A stretch of 64,000 nt of DNA from a virus: positions 32,001 to 96,000 of the IMG/VR virus record IMGVR_UViG_3300028388_004772, one strand, 5' to 3'. A program made the translations under genes and the position numbers. The notes under the pieces are model-generated. The model did not search any database. It was not told where the DNA came from and was given only the letters and a program-made list of their open reading frames with translations. Each line of letters starts with the position of its first letter. Position 1 is the stretch's first letter. Of the stretch, positions 49,222-58,572 are shown piece after piece.

Positions 49222-49680
49222 TTAATCTTTTTTGTTGAAAACTTTTTTCTTAGATTTCAACGATTTATATTCATCTCGTAGAATACTTTCAAGTCCGTAA
49301 GCTTCTTTTTCCCATGGAAGATTCATGTACTCATCAAGAGTTGTGTACATGGCAATATATTCTTCACCTTTCCATTTTTTCAAGGCAAGCGAACTTGTAT
49401 CTTTGAGTTCATTTCTAGCATGCTGTTTAACATGAACCATTTCATGACAAAGTGTCTCAATCATTTCGTCAATAGTTTCTTTGGCATCAATCTCAATAAC
49501 AAATTCTCTGTTCGTAACTGAAAGACAGAAACCACTATGGAATTCAAGATCATTCGACAATTGAATACAAATGTCTAATGTTTTCATCCGAGGCATCAAT
49601 CGTTTGACACAAAAATTAACTACATCTTCTGCTAGTGCACGTTTCTTTTTTGTAGAACCCCATGCCATTATTTGATTCAT
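49222..49680 (-). CDS. HExxH zinc metallopeptidase-like protein (start refined to MNQIMA)
   Basis: TLCHEMVHVKQ...Y...PWEKEAY. Confidence 0.75.
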   Translation of the reverse strand: MNQIMAWGSTKKKRALAEDVVNFCVKRLMPRMKTLDICIQLSNDLEFHSGFCLSVTNREFVIEIDAKETIDEMIETLCHEMVHVKQHARNELKDTSSLALKKWKGEEYIAMYTTLDEYMNLPWEKEAYGLESILRDEYKSLKSKKKVFNKKD

Positions 49681-49865
49681 ATCACATCTCCTTTTTGAGG
49701 AGTATAAACGATTGTATCCTGAATTACAACACGTTTGTATTTTTTTAATGTCTTTTTGATAGCATCTTCTGGTTCTGTGTTCATCCATTTCATATGATGC
49801 CAGTGATCACTTCCAGGGACTGTGTAGAATACTTTGCAAACTGTATTCATGCCAATCTCTCCCAA
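49677..49865 (-). CDS. Small hypothetical protein
   Basis: Coupled ORF; start probably at 49850. Confidence 0.5.
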   Translation of the reverse strand: MGEIGMNTVCKVFYTVPGSDHWHHMKWMNTEPEDAIKKTLKKYKRVVIQDTIVYTPQKGDVI

Positions 49866-50341
49866 TATGCTTCTTGCTTCTGATTAATGATAGGATTAAC
49901 TAGATCAGAACGAAGATATCGATAGATAGTTCTGAAGCACTCTCCGTGGCCACGATCCTTATCCTGCTTTCTCTTCATATACTCAGGGAACCAGTTGTAG
50001 TATGTGAACTGAATAAAATGTGACACCTCATGAGCTACAAGACAAAGGAGGATGTCTCGGTTGTCTGTAACAGTGATTCGACCAATCACAGGATCCATAT
50101 TGAAACGACTGTACTCACTCCATTCTGAGTTACCGAACTGCCAACACAACACATTGATCTTGATCATGTTATGTCCAGCCCATGAGCGGCCATTACGGCG
50201 CGCATAGACCTTCAAACACTTTACAGCATTATCAACAGCAGACTTAGGAAGGTTGAGCTCATACTTCTTCTTACGAAGATGACGGACACAAAGCTTGACC
50301 ATGTCTTCGACAATCTTTTCTTTCTCGCGAGGAATATTCAT
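49847..50341 (-). CDS. SprT-like HExxH protein
   Basis: LVAHEVSH...GHG..F. Confidence 0.65.
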   Translation of the reverse strand: MNIPREKEKIVEDMVKLCVRHLRKKKYELNLPKSAVDNAVKCLKVYARRNGRSWAGHNMIKINVLCWQFGNSEWSEYSRFNMDPVIGRITVTDNRDILLCLVAHEVSHFIQFTYYNWFPEYMKRKQDKDRGHGECFRTIYRYLRSDLVNPIINQKQEAYWERLA

Positions 50342-50535
50342 ACGCAGATACCTGGTGTGAAAGTTTCTTCCCGAACAAGACGTGCTGTCGCTCTTAAATA
50401 GCCAGATACGCTGTCACACTTACGTGCAAGCTCCATACCCTTTTTCAGCGCGTTAAGTTTACAATCAGCTGAAATAATAAAAGACTCGTGGTAGCTGCAG
50501 TTGTAACCAGAAACCGTAACATCAAACTTACTCAT
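50338..50535 (-). CDS. Small early protein (start refined to MSKFDV)
   Basis: AAGGAG SD and promoter copy 2 upstream. Confidence 0.6.
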   Translation of the reverse strand: MSKFDVTVSGYNCSYHESFIISADCKLNALKKGMELARKCDSVSGYLRATARLVREETFTPGICV

Positions 50536-50538
50536 ATA

Positions 50539-50590
50539 TCTCTCCTTCATTTGATGTAGCCATTATCCTACATTATGAGAAAAAGAAAAC
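50539..50590 (-). promoter_or_regulatory. Early promoter and leader, copy 2
   Basis: GATAATGGCTACATCAAATGAAGGAGAGA, nearly identical to 49164-49191; -35 box weak. Confidence 0.6.
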
Positions 50591-50629
50591 ATGTTTTTAT
50601 AAAAAAGAAATCATAAAGAAATTAAGTAG

Positions 50630-51250
50630 TTACGAAGCTTTTTTACCTTTACTATGAAGTTCTACCCTAACATTGTCGGAAACAGGGAACTTAATATTGT
50701 TGTGATTATGATGCAAAACGAATTCAACGTTATTAAATTCTTTGAACATATTTGTCCAGATTGGTCTCCAGTTGTTAGCCAACCGATTTGTATTCATATC
50801 ATCGCGAGGAGATGGAAGATAAAAATCTGTGCATGATCTTAGATTAAAATCAAACATCGAATCGAATCCCCACATATGAACAACATCTGGTTTAAACTTT
50901 GTACAACCAAAGTGAGTGCACATATGTCCACAATTGAAATCAGTATAGTTTGCAACATACTTAGGAAGTGTTAGATAGAATTCTTTGATCCTAGGGGCAA
51001 CCTTCATATAGAACCCTGGATTCTTTTCCATCCAAATCTTTGGTCTCATCCCAAGAATCCAGTTACCAGGAGCTTCAATCTCTCCTTCTGTGATTGCCTT
51101 CATCATTTTGAAGTCAACAATTACAGTTCCATATGCATTCTCTACAGGAAATGGTGGAATGTTACATGTGAGGTTTAGTCCTTTGCGAGGAGCCTCGTTA
51201 TAGAAATGAGCATTGTCACCATTGCCAACAATGTGTACAACCCTAGGCAT
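50630..51250 (-). CDS. Putative glycosyltransferase-like protein (Maf/sialyltransferase-like Rossmann motifs)
   Basis: HIVGNG near the N-terminus and VHMWGFD motif; last gene of the glycan cluster. Confidence 0.5.
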   Translation of the reverse strand: MPRVVHIVGNGDNAHFYNEAPRKGLNLTCNIPPFPVENAYGTVIVDFKMMKAITEGEIEAPGNWILGMRPKIWMEKNPGFYMKVAPRIKEFYLTLPKYVANYTDFNCGHMCTHFGCTKFKPDVVHMWGFDSMFDFNLRSCTDFYLPSPRDDMNTNRLANNWRPIWTNMFKEFNNVEFVLHHNHNNIKFPVSDNVRVELHSKGKKAS

Positions 51251-51884
51251 TCATTTGTCTCCTAATTTCATCCTTGCCTTTTTGACCTGTCCAGTGAGTT
51301 ACTAGCTCACCTTTTGGTCTGCGGCCATCAATAATATCTAATCTCAGCACATTGTACTTGTGTGGAAGGTCTTTTATATATGACATTTTTGTAATCGGAT
51401 TTAACATTGAGTGGAGAACTTCCTGGTCACCCCGAACAGATGTTTCTTCCACTTGCTGGGTCCACAGTTTAAGAATCTGTGGCTTACCTTGAAAGGCAAC
51501 AATTCCTGAATTGTGCCAAATCTCTTGTCTGCGTTTTGTCCAGGGATGGTCAATAACCATAGACAATTTCTCTGGTTCAACCTCTTTGAAGATACCACTG
51601 ATATCTCCGTGGACTTGACAATCTGTATCAATCCAACATGTTTTATCTGATGGACAATGAACCATTGATTTTGGTTTAAGAAACCACCCCTTTCCTTTAA
51701 ACTTTGACAAGTCTAAAACACCGACAGCTTTTGTTTGAATGTATTTTAACATATCGGAGGAGATACCAAAGTTTGCGAAGACCAATGGAGTATTATTATG
51801 TTTTTCATAGTTCTCCACAAACCAAGGTAACATCCATTCTGTATTCTCATCACATCCTGTTAAAAATGCTTCAGAGTATCTCAT
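51243..51884 (-). CDS. GT-A fold glycosyltransferase (GT8-like; start refined to MRYSEA)
   Basis: WIDTD, NSG, GDQE, YN, HWTG. Confidence 0.75.
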   Translation of the reverse strand: MRYSEAFLTGCDENTEWMLPWFVENYEKHNNTPLVFANFGISSDMLKYIQTKAVGVLDLSKFKGKGWFLKPKSMVHCPSDKTCWIDTDCQVHGDISGIFKEVEPEKLSMVIDHPWTKRRQEIWHNSGIVAFQGKPQILKLWTQQVEETSVRGDQEVLHSMLNPITKMSYIKDLPHKYNVLRLDIIDGRRPKGELVTHWTGQKGKDEIRRQMNA

Positions 51885-52512
51885 ATTTTTCACCATAATT
51901 ATGTTTTGCCTGACAGCCAACCTCATTCTGAATAGTCGTGAATGTGTCACGAGCTTCTACTGGCCACGGATAAAATTCTTTTAAGTTGGGAAAGTTATCA
52001 AGATTGATAAACACGTCTGTCGGTCCAGCACTTCTCAGTGCCTTATCAATTAGTTGTCGGGCTCCTGCAGGCTCAATATAATATCCATGAGCTCCAGGAA
52101 AGTATCTCTTGGAAACAAGAGGACCTTCTCCTAATACTTGAGGAGTATTGAACCGTCCATAAGAAGGCTTACCAAGATTAACAATTGAGCTCTGGAACAG
52201 AGATGGCAACGAGTTAACGAAAATTGCATCATGTTCAAGAATGACGAATGGTTCTTTACTCTCAGCACATTTTTCCCATAACGTAAAATGAGAAAGAAAT
52301 GCAGCCAAGCAATTATTAAATCGCGAATACTTTTCTTCGAAGTTGTCGATTGGTATTTGTTTTTCTGATGAAATCTTTACAGGACTATCACTTGGTGTAA
52401 ATGCCTTATGTTTGATTACATCAATACCAAACATCTTTCCAGACTGAATGCAGCGTTCAGCCGACTTTACTGATTTATCATTATCAAAGATTGTAATTAC
52501 ATATGCTTTCAT
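51871..52512 (-). CDS. Glycosyltransferase family 25-like
   Basis: KAYVI; FLSH..LW.KC; ILEHDA; GAHGY.I.P.GA..L. Confidence 0.8.
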   Translation of the reverse strand: MKAYVITIFDNDKSVKSAERCIQSGKMFGIDVIKHKAFTPSDSPVKISSEKQIPIDNFEEKYSRFNNCLAAFLSHFTLWEKCAESKEPFVILEHDAIFVNSLPSLFQSSIVNLGKPSYGRFNTPQVLGEGPLVSKRYFPGAHGYYIEPAGARQLIDKALRSAGPTDVFINLDNFPNLKEFYPWPVEARDTFTTIQNEVGCQAKHNYGEKYEIL

Positions 52513-53189
52513 GATGTTGTTGAGGGGGTTCCCTGTACCTTCGTATAAAATGTTTTTGTCACACCAAGCATGCTACCAACAAGTTGTCTACACATCAGTG
52601 CATCGTTTGGCCACGCTCCATACTCATCAACGAGCTCGAGCATTTTCCTAGCACCCTTTGGTTTAATTATGTAGGCTGAGTTTCCAGCGAGACCCTGAGG
52701 AACCGTAACCTCATCAATTGTCGGAACCTGTTGAATAAAGTCATTATTTTTTTGAATAAGTTCATAATATTGCTGAGATCTTCTCGTTGCACCAAGAGGA
52801 TTATTGATTCCAACAATTTGATACTTGTTATCCAATATTCTAAGAATATCAAGGTCTCTGACAAAAATAGCATCATGCTCAAGAATCATATACGGATCCT
52901 TACCTTGAGAACATTCCTTCCAAAGAATATAATGACTAAGAAAGCATGCAATCCGAGCCTTTGGGTTGGGTGTTTGGTATGGATTGAGTTTCAACCCTGA
53001 AGCAAAGTCAACTTTAGGGCTGTCCCAAGGATATGTCCATTTGATTCCATATTCTTCCATCAGACCATCAACCTGATCTGGAGTGATAGCATCAAATGTT
53101 TCAATGAAGATCTTTGTGGACTTCATGCATTTCTCAGCAGCCGCTTCAGAAACTTTATTATCTTTAATTACGATAATACTTGATTTCAC
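52509..53189 (-). CDS. Glycosyltransferase family 25-like
   Basis: FDAI; ACFLSHY.LW; ILEHDA; GNSAYIIKP.GA. Confidence 0.8.
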   Translation of the reverse strand: MKSSIIVIKDNKVSEAAAEKCMKSTKIFIETFDAITPDQVDGLMEEYGIKWTYPWDSPKVDFASGLKLNPYQTPNPKARIACFLSHYILWKECSQGKDPYMILEHDAIFVRDLDILRILDNKYQIVGINNPLGATRRSQQYYELIQKNNDFIQQVPTIDEVTVPQGLAGNSAYIIKPKGARKMLELVDEYGAWPNDALMCRQLVGSMLGVTKTFYTKVQGTPSTTS

Positions 53190-53785
53190 TTTGTACCTTC
53201 GACAACAATCGATTCATGCTCACGCAAGCCATCAACTAGATCCACACCGTTCAACTCTTTGTGTTCACTTTCTGCATATGTACATTCTTTAACATCCTGG
53301 AAGCCAGCCTTCTTATGTTGATCGATCAACATCTCTAGGGTGGGTACCCAATAGTGACCTTGTTCCCCTAAACTTCTCTGTGCAATCTGATTGGCAGCTC
53401 CGAGAAATGTTTCTCGGTTGAGAATCCTGCGGCAATAATTTACTGTAAATTCAGAATGATCGTCGCGGTGTGTTTCATAGAATGTTCTACTAGGAGCAAC
53501 TGTACGAACAACACCTCCAGGCTTCAATACTCTTAAACATTCTTGTAAACAATGTAAACCATCTTTTTCATAGACGTGTTCAATCATATGCTCACTGAAG
53601 ATATAATCAATTGATTCGTCTTCAAACGGAAATTTCTCCGTCACATCAAGAAAGATAATTGTATATCCTTCCTTTCGTTTTTCCTCAAACCACGACAATG
53701 TCTTTTGTTTGGTAAATCCTTTCTGGTCAGTGTTAATCCACCCCAGCTTAGGTTCTCTACCACAACCCAGAACAACCTTTTTCAT
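53186..53785 (-). CDS. Class I SAM-dependent methyltransferase
   Basis: VLGCG...GWIN.D; FPF.D.SIDYIFSEH.IEH; RVLKPGG. Confidence 0.85.
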   Translation of the reverse strand: MKKVVLGCGREPKLGWINTDQKGFTKQKTLSWFEEKRKEGYTIIFLDVTEKFPFEDESIDYIFSEHMIEHVYEKDGLHCLQECLRVLKPGGVVRTVAPSRTFYETHRDDHSEFTVNYCRRILNRETFLGAANQIAQRSLGEQGHYWVPTLEMLIDQHKKAGFQDVKECTYAESEHKELNGVDLVDGLREHESIVVEGTK

Positions 53786-54439
53786 TTAAACTCCAAATTC
53801 TCTATCATACGATTGTACATCATTATTGTAAATTTGTCTACATCTACCAGCAACATGGACAACAGGAGCATGCTTTGAGTATTTTGTTTCTCTTAGAAAG
53901 CAACAATCGGATCTATCGATTTTGCGATATTTACCGAATGCCTGCTCAACCATTAGGTTCAATGCATATTGATCCCGTCCAGGTTTTGTATTCTTATATG
54001 TTTCCCTGTACTTCCTCGGATTCAATTCTCTTAACTTGTTAATTGAGTGTCTAGTAAATACAATAATTCCACTATTAAAATATTGGTTTCCCCATTTTAC
54101 AAACTCAGGTCGGGATTTAGGATGAGGATCATCAACCTCTTTACATGCGGAGAATTCATTATATTTTTCGAAGACATTTACATCTGTGTCACGAATAAAA
54201 ACATCAGCATCAACAAAGACGATTCTGTCATACTCTTCAAACTCATCTGATTCAAGGATTCGGAATACTTCCCATACAGGACTAAATCCTTTAAAGTAGT
54301 TATCAGATTTCAGTTGATAGTCCCACCCAATATTATCAGCATATCTTTTTACTGATCCCACTGCCTTAGTATACAACGATTGTTTGACTTCAGCTAGATC
54401 TGGTTCGACAGAAAAATGTTGTAAAATTAAATTCTTCAT
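53786..54439 (-). CDS. GT-A fold glycosyltransferase
   Basis: YDRIVFVDAD, YFNSG, DQ..LN, H.AG. Confidence 0.75.
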   Translation of the reverse strand: MKNLILQHFSVEPDLAEVKQSLYTKAVGSVKRYADNIGWDYQLKSDNYFKGFSPVWEVFRILESDEFEEYDRIVFVDADVFIRDTDVNVFEKYNEFSACKEVDDPHPKSRPEFVKWGNQYFNSGIIVFTRHSINKLRELNPRKYRETYKNTKPGRDQYALNLMVEQAFGKYRKIDRSDCCFLRETKYSKHAPVVHVAGRCRQIYNNDVQSYDREFGV

Positions 54440-54440
54440 G

Positions 54441-55586
54441 TTACCACTTTGGTGAGTTTGTTACATTCTCAAACAGCATGTAGTCTTTACATTGTTCGGC
54501 AATGAACTTAACATCATCAATTAATCCTTCATTTAACGTAATTGGTTCAAAACCAAGAGACTTCAAACCTTCATTGACCACACTAAGGTCGTTGACAGGA
54601 GCTTCCTTACGAGGGTTGTCCATGTATTGAATTGCTGCTCCATACCTCGTTGCAATCATATCAGCCAACTCATTGACCTCTTGAACTTCAGAAACCTGGT
54701 TAAAGATTCTCACTCTTGAAGTATCTTCAGGTGGTGTCTGACAAGCTAACATTACACAGTTTGCTGTATCTTCAATATGGATAAACGCTCTCTTCTGGCC
54801 GCCTACACCATAAACTGTCAATGGATGATCTGCTGCAGCTTGAGAAATAAATCTATTCAGTACTGTTCCGTAAAGACCATCGTAATCAAATCTGTTAACA
54901 AGTAATGGATCGAGACGCGTCTCTTCTGTCTGTGTTCCCCAGACAATTCCTTGATGAAGATCCGTGATTTTCAATTTCCAGTTTTTGTTATAGAACTGAA
55001 AAAGAATCTGGTCGAGAGACTTCGTCATGTGATAGACACTACCAGGATTTGTTGGATATAGAATGTCCACCTGTTCATTAGTCTGGTTGACAGTGATATC
55101 CAAATATCCTTCCGGAATATCCCCAAACTCCTTTGAATAACCATAGACACCCATTGTTCCTAAATGGACAAGGTGAATATCTTGATCAACATCGACAATA
55201 GCATTTAATACATTATGTGTCGCCACCACATTATTATCAACTGTATATCGTCTCTCTTTGTTTGAAATCATTGAGTAAGGAGCAGCTCGTTGTTCCGCAA
55301 AATGAACAATTGTATCTGGTCTATGCTTCTTTACATGACCAACAAACTTCTCGTAGTCTGTAATGTCGACATTAATAAATTCAATATCAGCTTCGAGTAT
55401 TTGATTTGCTGTCTCGACGCGAGTAGTGATAGGAGAGATATTTGTTAACGAATTGCTTTTCGTTTCCACATCAATCTGTCGACGTGATAAGTTATCGAGA
55501 ATGAATACCTTATGACCATTCTTGGCTAGCTTTAACGCGGTTGGCCAACCACAGAATCCATCTCCTCCAAGTACAAATATTTTCAT
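54441..55586 (-). CDS. sqdB: UDP-sulfoquinovose synthase
   Basis: GGDGFCGWPTAL, HFAEQRAAPYSM, HLVHLGTMGVYG, PGSVYHMTK, TDLHQGIVWG, RFDYDG.YGTVLNRF: hallmark SqdB/SQD1 motifs. Confidence 0.95.
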   Translation of the reverse strand: MKIFVLGGDGFCGWPTALKLAKNGHKVFILDNLSRRQIDVETKSNSLTNISPITTRVETANQILEADIEFINVDITDYEKFVGHVKKHRPDTIVHFAEQRAAPYSMISNKERRYTVDNNVVATHNVLNAIVDVDQDIHLVHLGTMGVYGYSKEFGDIPEGYLDITVNQTNEQVDILYPTNPGSVYHMTKSLDQILFQFYNKNWKLKITDLHQGIVWGTQTEETRLDPLLVNRFDYDGLYGTVLNRFISQAAADHPLTVYGVGGQKRAFIHIEDTANCVMLACQTPPEDTSRVRIFNQVSEVQEVNELADMIATRYGAAIQYMDNPRKEAPVNDLSVVNEGLKSLGFEPITLNEGLIDDVKFIAEQCKDYMLFENVTNSPKW

Positions 55587-55599
55587 GCATTATTTCCTT

Positions 55600-56325
55600 T
55601 CATAAAAATGATCCGACCACAGACTTATCCGGATTTGCCCATCCAGAAAAACACCTATGGTCATTACCTCCACTGAGTACCTGCCACCAACCATACTCAG
55701 CAGCAATTAATTTCTTTTCTTCGTGCAGCTTATATACCCGATCAATATCCAACAGTTCATTAGGATGAACAATCAATTGATCAAATAGAAAATGATCATG
55801 ATAGTTATTATCTCGCTGCTCTCGTATCTTTGTGAATCCTGAATCACTAATTGAAAGACAGGCAAACCCTATTGCTCTTTTGTTTTGATAACTATCCTCG
55901 ACATATTGTTCAAACTTAGCATGTCGATATGTAAGTGTATCGTATCTACACCTGACTATTATATCATACTTTTGTGGTAAAGTGCTAACTAATTTACAAT
56001 GTGCAAGTATTTGTTTTGTTTGGTGAGAAGAAGTTTCCTTGAATTTTTGATTTGCCTTTGCATGACGTACAGCTTTAGCAAGTTTACCAGATTGCTCAGG
56101 AACCTCAATATCCAGAAACGGATGATAATCGATCTTAGGTTCATCAAAGAATTTCACATCAAAGTCTCGGAAGTACTTTTCAATGACAGTCTCATATCCT
56201 TTCCAGGCCCCATAATAAAAATCTGCATCAGGGAAGTTAATTTTGAGATTATCATAATTTCTTCTTAGGTCTCTGTTGTTTACTCCTGATCTGGGAGCAC
56301 CAGAGACACACACTGCTATATTCAT
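55600..56325 (-). CDS. Putative glycan-synthesis protein (glycosyltransferase-like)
   Basis: IAVC.SG..R and YDIIVR.R.D motifs; cluster context. Confidence 0.55.
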   Translation of the reverse strand: MNIAVCVSGAPRSGVNNRDLRRNYDNLKINFPDADFYYGAWKGYETVIEKYFRDFDVKFFDEPKIDYHPFLDIEVPEQSGKLAKAVRHAKANQKFKETSSHQTKQILAHCKLVSTLPQKYDIIVRCRYDTLTYRHAKFEQYVEDSYQNKRAIGFACLSISDSGFTKIREQRDNNYHDHFLFDQLIVHPNELLDIDRVYKLHEEKKLIAAEYGWWQVLSGGNDHRCFSGWANPDKSVVGSFL

Positions 56326-57095
56326 CGTAAATCTTTAAAGATCTTTGGTATCTGATATCTACTGTCGTTGACATAATGTGCAAAGTTACAAGGATAGTCC
56401 TCATTTCTTGTTGGGAATCTATTCCATTCAATTCCAAGCTCAAGGACATCAAAATTGTGTTTGCTCCACATTGCGTTCATGTATGGCTGATCCAAACAAT
56501 GTGAACTGTGGCCACCAACATTAACCCACTTCTTATCCAACCATGCGTTTCTAAATTCGAACCACTCCTCATGGTCAACAAACAGTTCTCTTGCTTTTAG
56601 CCTAGCCTGCTTTGACCATACCATTACACCTGAGTTGATCATCCTCAAAGGAGCATTTGTACTCTTCGCTGGAATGATCGGGGCTCCAAAATGAGCAAAC
56701 CTTTGTGTTAGTGGTCCTGATGGCTGCCAATTAATCTGAGCCGTGATGTCCGGGTGCCTCCACTCAGGCCAACCAGCAACATCAATTACAGGCAAGTTGA
56801 ACACGTTAACGTCCATGTTTTTCGGCATGACATCTACATCACAATACAATACATTCTCATACTGATCGAAGATAGGATCTTTAAATATTCTTGTCACTTC
56901 AAAGTAATTGGAACGAGACTCAACAAATCTGTCTGTCATGAAGTGATGGTCAGCATCATGTTTCTTAGCATATTCTTTGAAGTATGCAACTGAATATTCG
57001 GCCCACTCAGGCATTCCCTCTGTTGGGTAATGCCTGCTTTGTTTACCTATTCCATTGTAGTTTAGGTAATATTGGAAGATTGCATTCTTAGCCAT
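56322..57095 (-). CDS. GT-A fold glycosyltransferase
   Basis: YENVLYCDVD, INSGV, DQ..MN, WN, HY. Confidence 0.75.
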   Translation of the reverse strand: MAKNAIFQYYLNYNGIGKQSRHYPTEGMPEWAEYSVAYFKEYAKKHDADHHFMTDRFVESRSNYFEVTRIFKDPIFDQYENVLYCDVDVMPKNMDVNVFNLPVIDVAGWPEWRHPDITAQINWQPSGPLTQRFAHFGAPIIPAKSTNAPLRMINSGVMVWSKQARLKARELFVDHEEWFEFRNAWLDKKWVNVGGHSSHCLDQPYMNAMWSKHNFDVLELGIEWNRFPTRNEDYPCNFAHYVNDSRYQIPKIFKDLR

Positions 57096-57732
57096 TCTTT
57101 TTTAACTCTATAATAAAACTATCTGGTTCTCCGGTCTTCGATCTAAAGTCGTGTTCCGCCATTTCCAGATTGTATTCTTTCTTGAGATTATTCAACGAGT
57201 TGATAAACATATCTTGTTGAAATTGATTATACCTTTCAGGATATTTTTGAATCCAAGCATGCTTCATCTCACCCATTGTCATTTTATCTATCGGCCAAAC
57301 ATCTTCGATGACATATGTGCCTCCATCAGCAAGAAACGGAATAAAGTTCTCTAGTGTTTTCTTGTTTGCTTCCGGAAAATGAGCACCATCGTCGATAATA
57401 ATATCAAACTTTATATCACCAAATGATTTCATTGCCGCGGCAACTGATTGACTATCCATAGAATCACATTGAGCAAATGCCACAGGATCATTAGCAGCAA
57501 ATTTACCGCGACACTGTTCAATAGGGACACGTTGAAATAAATCAACCCCGTACAAAGATGCCTCTGGAATGCCCTCTAGGAATGCTTTGGTCGAATCTGC
57601 CTTGAACACACCAATCTCAAGAATATTGATTTGTTGACCACCATACACATCGATCAATGGTTGATAGAATATATCATAGCGATGCTTTTTACTTTTATCG
57701 CAGCCGTACTTATTAAATAATTCTTTAATCAT
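57088..57732 (-). CDS. SAM-dependent (sugar O-)methyltransferase-like protein
   Basis: G.DK...H.Y...Y; ILEIGV; FDIIIDDG.H; GG.YVIED. Confidence 0.8.
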   Translation of the reverse strand: MIKELFNKYGCDKSKKHRYDIFYQPLIDVYGGQQINILEIGVFKADSTKAFLEGIPEASLYGVDLFQRVPIEQCRGKFAANDPVAFAQCDSMDSQSVAAAMKSFGDIKFDIIIDDGAHFPEANKKTLENFIPFLADGGTYVIEDVWPIDKMTMGEMKHAWIQKYPERYNQFQQDMFINSLNNLKKEYNLEMAEHDFRSKTGEPDSFIIELKKNG

Positions 57733-57735
57733 ATT

Positions 57736-58572
57736 TCATTTCCTATCTGTGTGCATTAACATGAACACGTTATCCATCAAGTCTTGGTCAATTAATTTTT
57801 TAATCCACATTGGCTTATATTTAGCAAACGCTTTCTTAAAGAAAACAGGATCAATTCTCGTCTGAGATTCTAAAAAGCTTCCTCTGTCCCCTTGAGGAGC
57901 AAGAGTGCTGTCGACATTAATAATTTCGATTCTACAGTCGTCCTGAGTAATTAGGTAGTAGAAAAATAAAATGAAATCAAATGACTCATATGTTAATTTA
58001 GATCTGACATTCGGATTGTCATAATCAATGTATTCTAAAAAAGCATAGAACCTTTCGCGATCATATACAGGAACATCATTAAACCAAATATAGCTATGAA
58101 AGTTATCTGTTGTCTGTTTAATCTTCTCATAATCTTCTTCAATGAAGAAGTCTCTGGCAGTCCGGTTACCAATCATGTCATTGATTCCTCGGTTAACTAC
58201 CTTGCTCGCTGTATAGACCTTTTCATTGATTTGTTGTTTAAACAGAGCATCATAGTCTTTATTCATAATAAATTTAGAGTCAACATCGATAACAGCGACA
58301 TAGTCAAAGTCGGTGTTATTAAATACCCATCGAGCTCCAAACAACTTCTTCTGGGTAATTGGTTTTGAACCAAGAAGCTTTTCTGTACAGACAATAGACT
58401 GATATCTTAGGTGTTCTGTCTTAGATTCGAACAGATCCTTCTCATCTTTATTAGTGAATACGATAAACAGATCACTATCATCAAAGTGATTATTATATGA
58501 TTGTATAAATTCAATTCCACGATCCATGTGCTTTCCAACATGAATCGGTGCTACAAAACAAGAGTTTTTCAT
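57736..58572 (-). CDS. Putative GT-A glycosyltransferase
   Basis: KK..G...YVAVIDVD motif; cluster context. Confidence 0.5.
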   Translation of the reverse strand: MKNSCFVAPIHVGKHMDRGIEFIQSYNNHFDDSDLFIVFTNKDEKDLFESKTEHLRYQSIVCTEKLLGSKPITQKKLFGARWVFNNTDFDYVAVIDVDSKFIMNKDYDALFKQQINEKVYTASKVVNRGINDMIGNRTARDFFIEEDYEKIKQTTDNFHSYIWFNDVPVYDRERFYAFLEYIDYDNPNVRSKLTYESFDFILFFYYLITQDDCRIEIINVDSTLAPQGDRGSFLESQTRIDPVFFKKAFAKYKPMWIKKLIDQDLMDNVFMLMHTDRK

